A stretch of DNA of 64,000 nucleotides from Candidatus Latescibacterota bacterium (lineage in GTDB: Bacteria; Latescibacterota; UBA2968; UBA8231). The first letter of the stretch is position 1. Every line of letters begins with the position of its first letter. Made by a program: the position numbers and the translations under genes. Shown here piece after piece: positions 1 to 9,584 of this stretch. The stretch is from contig CBDCDC010000001.1 in the NCBI GenBank assembly GCA_965215195.1, forward strand, positions 864,001-928,000. The letters are read 5' to 3'. The notes under the pieces are model-generated. The model worked only from the letters and a program-made list of their open reading frames with translations, ran no database searches and was not told where the DNA came from.

Positions 1-212
1 AGAATGAGGGAAATTTCGACGATATGCTCGCTTTCTTTGCTGAGAGAATGCTTCCGCTCGACGATATTCAAGCACAGACACTTGCGGAGGAAGTGCTGGC
101 TAATCCCCCTCAAATCGGATACCTGACCATCTCTAATGCGCTTCAATGGCGACTTCAATATAGCCGTGTGATTCAGCAAGCGGGAATAGTTATCGGGATC
201 GAGACATTATGA
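1..212 (+). CDS. Type II restriction endonuclease, NspV-like (3' part only, runs off the window start)
   Basis: Frame is open from base 3: NEGNFDDMLAF...NPPQIGYLTISNALQWRLQYSRVI, matching my recollection of the R.NspV C-terminus. The stop overlaps the MTase start (ATGA). Confidence 0.7.
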   Translation, partial: NEGNFDDMLAFFAERMLPLDDIQAQTLAEEVLANPPQIGYLTISNALQWRLQYSRVIQQAGIVIGIETL

Positions 213-1741
213 ACAAAAGAAAAGAATTTGGCGACTTTCAGACTCCTAGAAAGTTGGCAACTAAGGTAACAGCCCTAGTTGCTGATATTTATGGGAACCC
301 CGACTTAGTCGTTGAACCAACAGCAGGGATCGGTGCATTCCTCAAAGCGTCAAAAGCTCAGTGGGGTAGAGAATGTCAATATGAGGGTTACGAGATTAAT
401 CGAGACTATGTAGTCCAAGCATCCGAGACACTAAAAACATGTGGAGTTAAACTTTTCCAGCGGGATTTTTTTACCCTAGACTGGAAGCAGGTACTCAACC
501 GAACAGCAGCAGGCAGAGTCTTGGTGATTGGCAATCCACCTTGGGTTACAAACTCTGAACTTGGACTTTTAGGTAGTCAGAACCGACCCAAGAGGACCAA
601 TTTTCAGCGGTTGCGTGGCTTGGATGCCCGCATGGGGAAGTCTAATTTTGACATTGCAGAATGGATGCTTATCCAACTGATTGAAGCAATACCACCTAAC
701 GGTGCCGTTGCTATGTTGTGCAAGACAATGACAGCGCGCAAGGTCTTGCGACATTTTTGGAAAACAGATAGAGGACGGAAAGGGTCTTGCCTCTTTCGGA
801 TAGATGCCAAGGCATCTTTTGCTGCTGCCGTTGACGCTTGTCTTTTGTTTATCAGTGGCGTACGAACAGACGAGCGAGTTGCAACAATCTATGATGGTCT
901 ATGTCTAAAATCTTCTACGAGCCAGTTCGGCTTTATTGACGGCGACTTGGTTTCTGACATCAGCGCATATAAGCAATTTAGAGAGTTTGGCAGCGGATCC
1001 CTTGCTTATACTTGGAGATCTGGAATCAAGCACGATGCAGCCAAGGTCATGGAGTTTACTCGCGAGGGTGGATTATACCGCAATGGATTGGGCGAGACGG
1101 TCGAGTTGGAAGATCGTTATCTTTATCCATTACTAAAATCGTCGGACCTTGGCAACGGTCGCACTGTACCACGCAAGTCTGTTTTAGTCACGCAGCAGCA
1201 TATAGGCGATGACACATCAACAATCGAGGGCAAGGCTCCTAAGACGTGGCAGTATCTTATAGACCATGCAGCAACTCTCGACGGTCGCAAAAGTTCGATT
1301 TACAAAAATCGCCCTCGCTTCTCCATATTTGGTATAGGTAGATATTCCTTTGCTTTGTGGAAAGTCGCTACTTCGGGCTTATACAAGTCTTTCTCGTTCG
1401 CAGTTGTTCCACCATTGGCGAATCGCCCGGTTATGGTGGACGATACTTGTTATTCGATTCCATGTGATACGGAGTCTGAAGCGCGTTTGCTTTGCGATTT
1501 GCTCTCATCTGATCCTGCACTTGCCTTTCTGCGATCGTTAGTGTTCGTGGATGCTAAGCGACCGATCACTATCGATGTATTGCGACGTATCTCATTCGTT
1601 TCTGTGGCACAACGGCTTGGAAGGCTGGAAGAATTGGAACAATTCATCCATGCGGAAAAACCAAATTTCGCGGCGGAACGACAAATGACCTTGCTCATGG
1701 AACCAAAACTAGACTATCCTGTGTGCGCCTACCCCAAATGA
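209..1741 (+). CDS. Amino-DNA methyltransferase of the R-M pair (M.NspV-like)
   Basis: GDFQTP, SAM-binding VEPTAGIGAF and catalytic GNPPW motifs in gamma-class order; more AT-rich than flanking genes. Confidence 0.85.
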   Translation: MNKRKEFGDFQTPRKLATKVTALVADIYGNPDLVVEPTAGIGAFLKASKAQWGRECQYEGYEINRDYVVQASETLKTCGVKLFQRDFFTLDWKQVLNRTAAGRVLVIGNPPWVTNSELGLLGSQNRPKRTNFQRLRGLDARMGKSNFDIAEWMLIQLIEAIPPNGAVAMLCKTMTARKVLRHFWKTDRGRKGSCLFRIDAKASFAAAVDACLLFISGVRTDERVATIYDGLCLKSSTSQFGFIDGDLVSDISAYKQFREFGSGSLAYTWRSGIKHDAAKVMEFTREGGLYRNGLGETVELEDRYLYPLLKSSDLGNGRTVPRKSVLVTQQHIGDDTSTIEGKAPKTWQYLIDHAATLDGRKSSIYKNRPRFSIFGIGRYSFALWKVATSGLYKSFSFAVVPPLANRPVMVDDTCYSIPCDTESEARLLCDLLSSDPALAFLRSLVFVDAKRPITIDVLRRISFVSVAQRLGRLEELEQFIHAEKPNFAAERQMTLLMEPKLDYPVCAYPK

Positions 1742-1748
1742 GAAACGT

Positions 1749-1931
1749 GCTCCAATGTCCTGCGCGATGGTCTATTGGGGCCCGCAGTACGAACGCTTTG
1801 AAAACATATTCATCCGCTTTGGCGCGGTGGTTGACGTTCGGCATCTACATGGGAAACTCGTTGGCACGGGCGAGCACTTGGATCTATTCGCAGCGGAGAA
1901 CTTGCCGCCGCTATCCTCCCAACCCCTGTAG
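1749..1931 (+). pseudogene. Orphan C-terminal fragment, possibly from a Dam-like adenine methyltransferase
   Basis: Reads APMSCAMVYWGPQYERFENIFIRFGAVVDVR; resembles recalled C-termini of N6-adenine MTase family proteins; no N-terminal part present. Confidence 0.35.
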
Positions 1932-2933
1932 CTGCGTTGGCTCTGCGAGGGGCACCACGGGATTTTCCAAAACCCCGATCCCGCCGGAAAAGGTTAGCTG
2001 CATCACGTCCCCGACCAACAGCCCCGCCGGCAAGTCGGCCTCGGCAAAGACGATGGGCGTCCCCCAGTAAAACGCCAGCAGGGTGCGCGGCGCTAGGGGC
2101 AGCCGCCGGAAAAGGTGGCGCTCTAAGTGCAGGAGTCGGCCGGGCATGTTCAGGTTGTTTTGGCCGGTCGCGCCCTTTTTGTAGGCTATGGATTGGCCGT
2201 CGCGCAGAATGCGGCACGAGACTTCAACCTCGGCGTCGGCGTACTCGTCGGCCGTAACCAACACTGGCCCTAGGGAAGCGCAGCCGCCAGCCCAGTTTTT
2301 GGCTTGGGGCAAGTTGAGGGGATTGGCGGCCTCAATGCCGTTGTCCGTGGCATCGTTGCCGCCGGTGTAGCCCAGCCGCTCTAAGCGGCCTTGGCGCGTC
2401 AGGCCATAGACCGACACCAACTCGGTCTCGGGCACTAAGCGCTGGGTATCGGCGGGCCGGGTGATGGGCTGGCCGTGCCCGACGACGGCATCTGGCTCGC
2501 CTTTGGCGAACAGTTCGGGCCGTCCGCCGCCGGACACCTCGCGGTACTTCTGGTCGTACACATTGACCGCCTCTCCGGTGGCCTGCTGGGCTTCGATTTC
2601 GCGCAACTTGGCACTGACTTGGTGAGTGACGCCGGCCAGCCACACGCGCAGGGCGTGGGGATGATCGGGCGGGCCGCTGACCGGCTTGGTGAGATACGGG
2701 TCGCGGGTGCTGCGATTGGCCAACAGCGCGTCTAGCGGCAAGCGGCGCGTAGCCCGTTTTTGCAGGTTCTGAGCGGCCGCCACTAGCCCAATTTTGTCGC
2801 CGCCGGCGTCGTAGTAAAGCTGATGCACGGTGCGCGGCCCCGGTGCTGCGCTCGTCAGGTCTAAGACCTCGTCTCCGGCGACGAGGCCCAAGCGCATGCC
2901 GTCGTTTGGCTCAATAAATTGCACTAGTCTCAC
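1911..2933 (-). CDS. Fumarylacetoacetate hydrolase family protein (sugar-acid dehydratase/hydrolase-like)
   Basis: RPELFAKG, VPETEL, GYTGGND, NPLNLPQAK and SLGPVLVT motifs. Confidence 0.75.
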   Translation of the reverse strand: MRLVQFIEPNDGMRLGLVAGDEVLDLTSAAPGPRTVHQLYYDAGGDKIGLVAAAQNLQKRATRRLPLDALLANRSTRDPYLTKPVSGPPDHPHALRVWLAGVTHQVSAKLREIEAQQATGEAVNVYDQKYREVSGGGRPELFAKGEPDAVVGHGQPITRPADTQRLVPETELVSVYGLTRQGRLERLGYTGGNDATDNGIEAANPLNLPQAKNWAGGCASLGPVLVTADEYADAEVEVSCRILRDGQSIAYKKGATGQNNLNMPGRLLHLERHLFRRLPLAPRTLLAFYWGTPIVFAEADLPAGLLVGDVMQLTFSGGIGVLENPVVPLAEPTQLQGLGG

Positions 2934-3032
2934 ACGTATTACTCCCTACTCAGTTAGTGGTTAGTTATTTCGGGCCGCCGCACCCCGTGCCGGGAAGGCG
3001 AGACAGCGGCGATCCAAAGTGCGTAACATCCG

Positions 3033-3860
3033 TTAGGAGATAAAGAGCGGGGCCGCGGACTTAGGCGCGATGCCAGCCCGCTCGGCCCGCTCAATCAGGT
3101 CGAATATAGCGGCTTCGCCGTCGGCTCCGTAGTTGAGCGTGTGCTGGTTGACGTACAAGTTGATGTGCGCCTGCACGACGCCTTCGTCCATTTCTTGGGC
3201 GTACTGGCGGACGTAGCCGCGCACGGCCTCGGGGTGGGCATACGCGTACTCCACGCTCTGCCTGAGTGCGCGGTCGAGCCGCTCGATGAACTCGGCCCCG
3301 AGGCTGCGCCGCGCCAAGATGCCGCCGAGGGGGATGGGATGCCCGGTGCTTTCCTCCCACCACTGGCCTAAGTCGATGATAGGTTCTAGCCCGCGTTGGG
3401 CGTAGGTGAAGCGGCTCTCGTGGATGATGACGCCCGCATCGACTGAGCCTTGGGCGGTCGCGTCCACGATCTGGTCGAAAGGCATAACCGCTAGCTGCTC
3501 AATGCTGGGGTCGAACAGCCGCAGCAGCAAGGCCGCGGTGGTCAGCCGCCCGGGAATGGCGATCCGCTTGTGTTTGAGGTCTTCTAGCACCAGTTTCTCC
3601 CGCGCTACCAGTAGCGGCCCGCATCCCCTCCCCAAGGCCCCACCCGAGTGCAGCAGGCAGTACTGCTCCCGCAAGTGCGCCAGCGCGTGGAAGGATATTT
3701 TGGTCGCGTCGAGCTGCCCCCGCAGCGCCATCTCATTGAGCGTCTCAATGTCGGCCAGCACCTCCTCGCATAGCGGCGCACCGGCGATCTGCCCGTGGAC
3801 TAGGCCACAAAAGACAAACGTATCGTTGGGACAGGGCGAATAGCCCAAGGTCACGCGCAT
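3033..3860 (-). CDS. mqnD: 1,4-dihydroxy-6-naphthoate synthase (futalosine menaquinone pathway)
   Basis: LGYSPCPNDTF, GGALGRGCGP, IIHESRFTY and HINLYVN motifs. Confidence 0.93.
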   Translation of the reverse strand: MRVTLGYSPCPNDTFVFCGLVHGQIAGAPLCEEVLADIETLNEMALRGQLDATKISFHALAHLREQYCLLHSGGALGRGCGPLLVAREKLVLEDLKHKRIAIPGRLTTAALLLRLFDPSIEQLAVMPFDQIVDATAQGSVDAGVIIHESRFTYAQRGLEPIIDLGQWWEESTGHPIPLGGILARRSLGAEFIERLDRALRQSVEYAYAHPEAVRGYVRQYAQEMDEGVVQAHINLYVNQHTLNYGADGEAAIFDLIERAERAGIAPKSAAPLFIS

Positions 3861-4573
3861 AGTCCCTCCTGCAAAAGCTGCTGAGCCGCGGCCTGCGCCC
3901 TAGCCGCGGCCCGCGGCAAATCCCATTGCTCCCGCGCGCGCTGCTCGACGATGTTGCTCATGGCGCGTACCTCGGCAAAGGGCACTTCGTACAGGGCGCA
4001 TACGTGCGCGGCCGCCGCCCCCTCCATGTTTTCGCACAAGGCCCCAAAGTGCCGCCCCCTTTCCACCCCCAATTCGTCGGTGCCGGAGCATTCCTGCACG
4101 GTGACGAAGGGGCCAATGCGGGCTTCCGGCAACGCGGCCGCCGCCCGCTGCACCCACTGCTCGTCGATGGGAAAGCAATTGTAGTAAGCGCACCCTTTCT
4201 CCAGCACTGGAATGCCAATCAGCTCGCCGCCCTGCCAGCCATCTGGCGTCCGCACCCCCAGATCCCCGTAGTATTCCCTGCTGGCCAAGGCCAGCTCCCC
4301 GACGCTTGCGCCGCTCTCGGGATACGCCCCGCCCACGCCGACTTGGACGACCCGCCGCGGCCGCTGCGCCTGCAAGTAGCAGGTGAGCGCGTGCGCTGCA
4401 TTCACCGCGCCGATCCCGGTCGCCACCAAGGTCACTGGCTGTGCGCCAATTTTCCCGCTCACCCATTCGCGCTCGGCGACTTTGCGCTGTACGCGCTCGG
4501 CCACGGCCTCCCTTAGGGCAAACTGCTCAAAAGCCGTCGCGCTCAGCACGAGGATCTCTTCCGCGGCCGTCAT
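3851..4573 (-). CDS. mqnB: Futalosine hydrolase
   Basis: PNP/MTAN-fold motifs TGIGAVNAA, GVGGAY, ENMEGAA, EVRAMSN; overlaps mqnD. Confidence 0.88.
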   Translation of the reverse strand: MTAAEEILVLSATAFEQFALREAVAERVQRKVAEREWVSGKIGAQPVTLVATGIGAVNAAHALTCYLQAQRPRRVVQVGVGGAYPESGASVGELALASREYYGDLGVRTPDGWQGGELIGIPVLEKGCAYYNCFPIDEQWVQRAAAALPEARIGPFVTVQECSGTDELGVERGRHFGALCENMEGAAAAHVCALYEVPFAEVRAMSNIVEQRAREQWDLPRAAARAQAAAQQLLQEGLCA

Positions 4574-4608
4574 CGGACACTCCTGTTAAAATGTGGCATA
4601 ATATACGG

Positions 4609-4637
4609 TTGACGCAGCCGAGGGCCAGCCGTACAAT
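4609..4637 (+). promoter_or_regulatory. Sigma70-type promoter for the enolase-family/purM unit
   Basis: TTGACG-17 nt-TACAAT, 30 nt upstream of ATG 4668. Confidence 0.6.
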
Positions 4638-4667
4638 CCGGCCAAGCACCCTTCCTTGGATAGCCTT

Positions 4668-5828
4668 ATGCACATTTGCCACATCCGCATCTACTCGGTC
4701 GCTGTCCCCCGCGTGTACCACACCCACGTAGCTCCCACGGGCGGCCACAGCAAGAATGCCTCGCGCTACTACGTGCTGGAAATCGAGACCAATACTGGCC
4801 TGCGCGGCCTCGGCGAAATCTCGGATCTAGAAGATGCGTGGCAAGCGCCGGCGCCGGCGGCCCTGTGCCAGACCCTGACGCCCCTGCTGGCTGGTGCCGA
4901 CCCGCGCAAACGCCTCCTCGCTTGGGAGCGCGTGGCCGAGGCCCTGCCCGCCAGCGACCACCCGGAATTCCGCCGGCTCGTCGGTGCGGCCGTGGAAATG
5001 GCCCTGATCGATCTCGCCGGCAAGTATTACAACGCCCCGGCCCACGCGCTCTTAGGCGGCCAGTACCGGGACGCGCTACCCATCTCTTGGGTCGCGTACA
5101 TCCGCAGTGCGGATGCGCTGGCAGAGGAAATTCAGGAAAAAGTCGCCGCGGGCTTTAGGGCCTTCAAGCTCAAGGTGGGGGCCGACTTTGACCTCGACTG
5201 CGAGCGCGTCCGCGTCTGCCGCCGGATTGTCGGCCCGGAGGCGTACCTCAAGGCCGATGCTTCGGGCGCGTGGGAAGAAGAAGAGGCCATCGAGCGGATC
5301 CACGCACTGTCCGCGCTGGGCGTAGATGCGGTTGAGACGCCGATCCAATGCGTCGCGCGCAAAGTGGCCAAGGACCACCCCGAACAGGTCAATGCCGACC
5401 CAGACTCGGCAGCCTTGGCCTTGGCGAGGGTGCGCGCGGCCGTGCCCGCCGCCCTCATCGAACACGTCGCCGACTTTGCCGACTCGTTTGCCCTCGCCCT
5501 CTTGCGCCACCGGGCCGTGGATGCCTTCAACGTCGCGCCCGTCCAAGCCGGCAGCTTGCACCGCGCCCAGCGGCTGATCCAGCTCGCCGCGGCCGCTGGC
5601 GTACCCGTCCTGCTCGGCAGCACGGTCGAGCTCGGCATTGGCACGGCCGCAGCCGTGCATTTAGGCGTGGCCACTAAAGCCGTCTGCGCCCCCTCGGACT
5701 TGGTCGGTCCGGGCCTGTTGGCGAGCGATGTCGTTGCGCCGCGCTTGACCTACCGGCAGGGCTGCCTGCGCGCTCCGCGAGGGCCGGGGTTGGGCGTCGA
5801 GCTGATGGAGCAGAAAGGAATCCCATGA
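4668..5828 (+). CDS. Mandelate racemase/muconate lactonizing enzyme (enolase superfamily), divergent
   Basis: GLGE, AVEMALIDL.GK, LLGG, FKLKVG (KxK) and C-terminal PGLGVEL motifs. Confidence 0.8.
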   Translation: MHICHIRIYSVAVPRVYHTHVAPTGGHSKNASRYYVLEIETNTGLRGLGEISDLEDAWQAPAPAALCQTLTPLLAGADPRKRLLAWERVAEALPASDHPEFRRLVGAAVEMALIDLAGKYYNAPAHALLGGQYRDALPISWVAYIRSADALAEEIQEKVAAGFRAFKLKVGADFDLDCERVRVCRRIVGPEAYLKADASGAWEEEEAIERIHALSALGVDAVETPIQCVARKVAKDHPEQVNADPDSAALALARVRAAVPAALIEHVADFADSFALALLRHRAVDAFNVAPVQAGSLHRAQRLIQLAAAAGVPVLLGSTVELGIGTAAAVHLGVATKAVCAPSDLVGPGLLASDVVAPRLTYRQGCLRAPRGPGLGVELMEQKGIP

Positions 5829-6862
5829 GCCAACGCCTCTCCTACGCCAGCGCCGGCGTCGATATAGACCAGACCGATGCGGCCAAGCGCACCATGGCCG
5901 CGAGTATGGAGACCGCAGACCCGCGCGTGCTCAACCGGATTGGCGCGTTCGCCACCCTGCTCGACGCCCGCTTCCCCGAATACGCCCACCCAGTGCTGGT
6001 CCACAAGAGCGAGGAGCCAGGGTCCAAGCAGAAGTTGGCCTTTGCCCACGGTCGCCATCGCGGGGTCTGCTACGACATGGTCAACCACCTCATCGACGAT
6101 ATCATCGTCATGGGGGCCGAGCCAATTTCGATCCAGGACGTCATTGTATGCGGCACGATGGAGGGAACCATCGTCAACGACCTTGTCGAAGCCTTGGCCG
6201 ACGCCTGCCGCCAACAGGGCTGCACCCTGACCGGCGGCGAGACTTCGGTGCAGCCCGGCGTGATTCCCGACGGCCTCTACGTGCTGACTGCCAGCGTCAT
6301 CGGCGTCGTCGATAGGGACCACATTATCGACGGCCGCGCCATTGCGGCCGGCGACCAAGTTTTGGCGCTCGCTTCCAACGGCCTGCACACCAACGGCTAC
6401 ACCCTAGTCCGCGCTCTCTTAGACCGGCAACCCGAGCTACTCGCCGCAGACGTGGCCGGCGAACCCTTCCTCGAAGCGGTGCTCAAGCCCCATACCTGCT
6501 ACTTGCAGGCCGTGCGCGGCCTTTTTGCCGACCCCAGCCTCCACGGCATGGCCCACATCACCGGCGGCGGCCTCCGCGACAATCTCAGCCGTATCTTGCG
6601 GCCGGGCCTCAACGCCCGGCTCGACTTGGCGGCCCTACAGATCCCGCCGATCTTCCGCACCTTGCGCGCCGCAGGCGACCTAGACGACGCAGACATGCTG
6701 CGCACGTTCAATATGGGCGTGGGCATGGCGCTGGTGGTCGCGCCCGAAGCCGTGGAACAGGTGCTGGCCCACCTAGCGGCCCAAAATTGCCGGGCCTATC
6801 GGCTCGGGGAAATCGTCGCTGGCGAGCAAGAGGTTGTGTTGCAGGGGGCGCTCGCTTGGTAG
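5825..6862 (+). CDS. purM: Phosphoribosylformylglycinamidine cyclo-ligase (AIR synthetase), divergent variant
   Basis: LSYASAGVDI, GGET, SNGLHTNGY, AHITGGGL and RTFNMGVG present; canonical TDGVGTK replaced by SEEPGSK. Confidence 0.85.
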   Translation: MSQRLSYASAGVDIDQTDAAKRTMAASMETADPRVLNRIGAFATLLDARFPEYAHPVLVHKSEEPGSKQKLAFAHGRHRGVCYDMVNHLIDDIIVMGAEPISIQDVIVCGTMEGTIVNDLVEALADACRQQGCTLTGGETSVQPGVIPDGLYVLTASVIGVVDRDHIIDGRAIAAGDQVLALASNGLHTNGYTLVRALLDRQPELLAADVAGEPFLEAVLKPHTCYLQAVRGLFADPSLHGMAHITGGGLRDNLSRILRPGLNARLDLAALQIPPIFRTLRAAGDLDDADMLRTFNMGVGMALVVAPEAVEQVLAHLAAQNCRAYRLGEIVAGEQEVVLQGALAW

Positions 6863-6933
6863 AATTGTCGCCTGAAATTGGATTGTGCGCCCAATGCACA
6901 CCCCATGCCTAATTTTCTGAAAGGAGCCACGTT

Positions 6934-7878
6934 ATGAACTATCGGTCGATACTGATCGCCTGCTTGGCAACACTGGGCCCGGCCGTTGCTGGCTGGGGGC
7001 AAGCCGACGGTAAAATCGCATTTACCTCGCGACGCGAGGGGGCCTGGGACGTGTGGATTATGGATGCAGATGGGAGCGACCCCGTCAATTTAACCCAAGG
7101 TCGGCATGGGCGTTGCATTAGCCCCGCTTGGTCTTCAGATGGAACGCAGATCGCCTATCTCGCCTTTAGTAAAGATCCCGCCTCCGTCCGGGTCGATTAT
7201 TCCATTGGTGACGTCTGGGTGATGGACGCCCACGGCGGCAACTCGCAACAAATGGGCTCGCTAACAAATCCCGGATTTGAGAATCTTATTTGGGCTGAAG
7301 ACGGAAGTAGCATTTACTACTACATACAGCACCGCTATGAAGTGTTCGTTGTGGCGCTGGACGGCAGTGGCTCCTCACTTATGGATTGGCGGGAGGCGGC
7401 TTGGATGGTCAAAGGTTCCCTCGATAGTCGCGGTCGTTCTCCCGACGGAACCAAACTAGCACAAGTCGTGTTGCAGGACTCTGAGGGCGATGCCTACCTA
7501 AACCTAATTACCTTCACTTCCGGTGAATGGCCGCAGTCTTATGACCGAGAAGATCTCCTGAATCTGGTAGAAGATTTCCGGGAGATTCCTCTTTCTGATC
7601 TACCCTATCAACAAGCAGAACTTGAACCCGGCCAGTTTAGACCAGCCACCCCTGGACCTACTTGGTCGCCCGACAGCATGAGAATCGCCTTCTCTGGCGC
7701 TAACGAGCAAGGGCAAGAGGAGGTTTGGGTTGTTGATATAGACGGGAGCAACTTGGTCAATCTGACCGACGGTTTGGGCGGAGATTATCCCGCTTGGCAA
7801 CCCGTTTCTCCTTCGGCTACTGGGACGAGCGTCGAAGCCCAGTCGTGGGGACGGATCAAATCGCTGCTTTCTCATTAA
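6934..7878 (+). CDS. Secreted TolB/PD40 beta-propeller protein with C-terminal SWGRIK tail
   Basis: Signal peptide; KIAFTSRR..WDVWIMDADGS and PAWS.DG repeats; ends VEAQSWGRIKSLLSH. Confidence 0.8.
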   Translation: MNYRSILIACLATLGPAVAGWGQADGKIAFTSRREGAWDVWIMDADGSDPVNLTQGRHGRCISPAWSSDGTQIAYLAFSKDPASVRVDYSIGDVWVMDAHGGNSQQMGSLTNPGFENLIWAEDGSSIYYYIQHRYEVFVVALDGSGSSLMDWREAAWMVKGSLDSRGRSPDGTKLAQVVLQDSEGDAYLNLITFTSGEWPQSYDREDLLNLVEDFREIPLSDLPYQQAELEPGQFRPATPGPTWSPDSMRIAFSGANEQGQEEVWVVDIDGSNLVNLTDGLGGDYPAWQPVSPSATGTSVEAQSWGRIKSLLSH

Positions 7879-7890
7879 TCGCGCCTCGTC

Positions 7891-7919
7891 CGTAGGGGCG
7901 GTTTGCAAGCCATCCTACG
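7891..7919. repeat. GTAG-family REP-like palindrome
   Basis: CGTAGGGGCGGTTTGCAAGCCATCCTACG, an imperfect intergenic hairpin. Confidence 0.5.
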
Positions 7920-7953
7920 TGCCTTTCTCCACTAACCTGAGAGGAGATAAACT

Positions 7954-9555
7954 ATGCACCGCTTTATCGTAGCTATTTTGCTGTTGGCGGCTCCACACGG
8001 GACCCTTGCCTCAACAGGGGAGTTGTTCGCAGAAGCCGACTTTTTCACCCTCGGCCCGGGCATCGGCCTGGGGTTCATTGGTGATACCGGCGTTTTGGGC
8101 GATATAGATGGCGATGGGGATGTGGATCTTGTGGTAGGTTGGACTCGTTGGTCGCCACACGTATACGCAGACGATGGAGCCCCGGGAGAGCACTTTCCAC
8201 ACTGGGGCTGGACCGTGGCGTCCAACGATGGCTTGGGTGGCTTGGTCCCCACCCGCGACGTCATGCACGGAAAAAGAGAAGCAGGAGAAAGAAGCGCGCC
8301 CATCATTAATATCTGGGGGGACGACTTCGACGGGGATGGACTCTTGGATCTGGCCTTTGAGGAGGAATTGAACCTTGAACTGTGGCACAACCGGGGCGAG
8401 GACGGCTTTGCAACCATCCTGCAACTGCCCAACGTGGGTTTAGTTGGCTTAGCCGATGGTGAAGGCGACGGCGATGTGGACTTGTTGGTCATGGAGTATG
8501 ACGACGAGGCATTGGACAACCACGAGGGGACATCTCAAGCGACCCTGTGGTTCAACGACGGCGAGGCGAAGTTTGTCCGCAGCGATCGGTTCACCCTCGA
8601 CAGCGAAGAGAGGTTCCTTCCTAGGCTTTGGCCCGCCGAGCAATCATTGGGAGAGGGAGGGGCCTTGCGCCTGCTATGGACCCGAACGTGCTATCAGCAG
8701 CTCCAAGGGGCTGGGCCGACGGGGGTTTGGCTGACCCAGCCGTGGGCGGCCAGCGCGGAGCCGCCGCTTTTTCTTGAGTCCATAGTCAACCCCTGTTACT
8801 CCACCCCGCTACAGGCCGGTAGCGATGGACAGGTGGATTTAATTGGCATCGCTGAGGCAACCGTTTCCTCCTACGTACACACCTACCGCGGCTTGGCCCT
8901 GTGGCGTCTGGACACCTCGGGCGTGGTGGCACACTACACGTTGCTCGGCTCGCAGGTACACGTGCAGGGTCGCCCCCTTGTCAGCGACCTCAACGGCGAT
9001 GGTCTGCTGGACGTGGCCTTGGTTGATGGCAACTTGGAAACTGAGCCGGCCTTGGTCGTCTTGATCGGCCAGAGCGATGGTATGCCCGTTCTCGAAGGCC
9101 GCTACCGGCTGCCGGGCACGGGCAGCGAGGTGCTCGCCGGCGACCTCAATGGCGATAGGGCCGCCGATCTGGTCGTGTTGGGGCAGAATGTGGAAGGCGG
9201 TCCTGGCGGGGCTTTCGTCTTTATCAACCAGAACAGCCCACCCACAGCCGTAGCCGTTGAGCCGGCCACGCCGTCGGCCTTTGTCTTGGATGCGAACTAT
9301 CCCAATCCTTTTAATCCGGCCACGACCATCCCCCTAACGGTGCCTGCCGGTGCCGAGGCTGCGGACGTAGCCATTTACAACCTCTTGGGACAGCTTGTGC
9401 GCCAAGTGTGGTCGGGTCCGTTGGCAGCGGGCGAACATCGGCTGACTTGGGATGGTCGAGACGGTCAGGGCCAACTCGTCTCTTCCGGGGTCTATTTGTA
9501 TCAACTACGCGTGGATGATCAGCTACGCACCCGAAAGATGGTCAAGCTCGAATAG
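7954..9555 (+). CDS. Secreted FG-GAP/VCBS repeat protein with C-terminal FlgD-Ig (T9SS-CTD-like) domain
   Basis: Several DxDGDGxxDL loops; C-terminal NYPNPFNP...IYNLLGQ...WDGRD..G..VSSGVYLY. Confidence 0.82.
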   Translation: MHRFIVAILLLAAPHGTLASTGELFAEADFFTLGPGIGLGFIGDTGVLGDIDGDGDVDLVVGWTRWSPHVYADDGAPGEHFPHWGWTVASNDGLGGLVPTRDVMHGKREAGERSAPIINIWGDDFDGDGLLDLAFEEELNLELWHNRGEDGFATILQLPNVGLVGLADGEGDGDVDLLVMEYDDEALDNHEGTSQATLWFNDGEAKFVRSDRFTLDSEERFLPRLWPAEQSLGEGGALRLLWTRTCYQQLQGAGPTGVWLTQPWAASAEPPLFLESIVNPCYSTPLQAGSDGQVDLIGIAEATVSSYVHTYRGLALWRLDTSGVVAHYTLLGSQVHVQGRPLVSDLNGDGLLDVALVDGNLETEPALVVLIGQSDGMPVLEGRYRLPGTGSEVLAGDLNGDRAADLVVLGQNVEGGPGGAFVFINQNSPPTAVAVEPATPSAFVLDANYPNPFNPATTIPLTVPAGAEAADVAIYNLLGQLVRQVWSGPLAAGEHRLTWDGRDGQGQLVSSGVYLYQLRVDDQLRTRKMVKLE

Positions 9556-9584
9556 ACGATTCGACCATCGATATCCTGCCCCTA

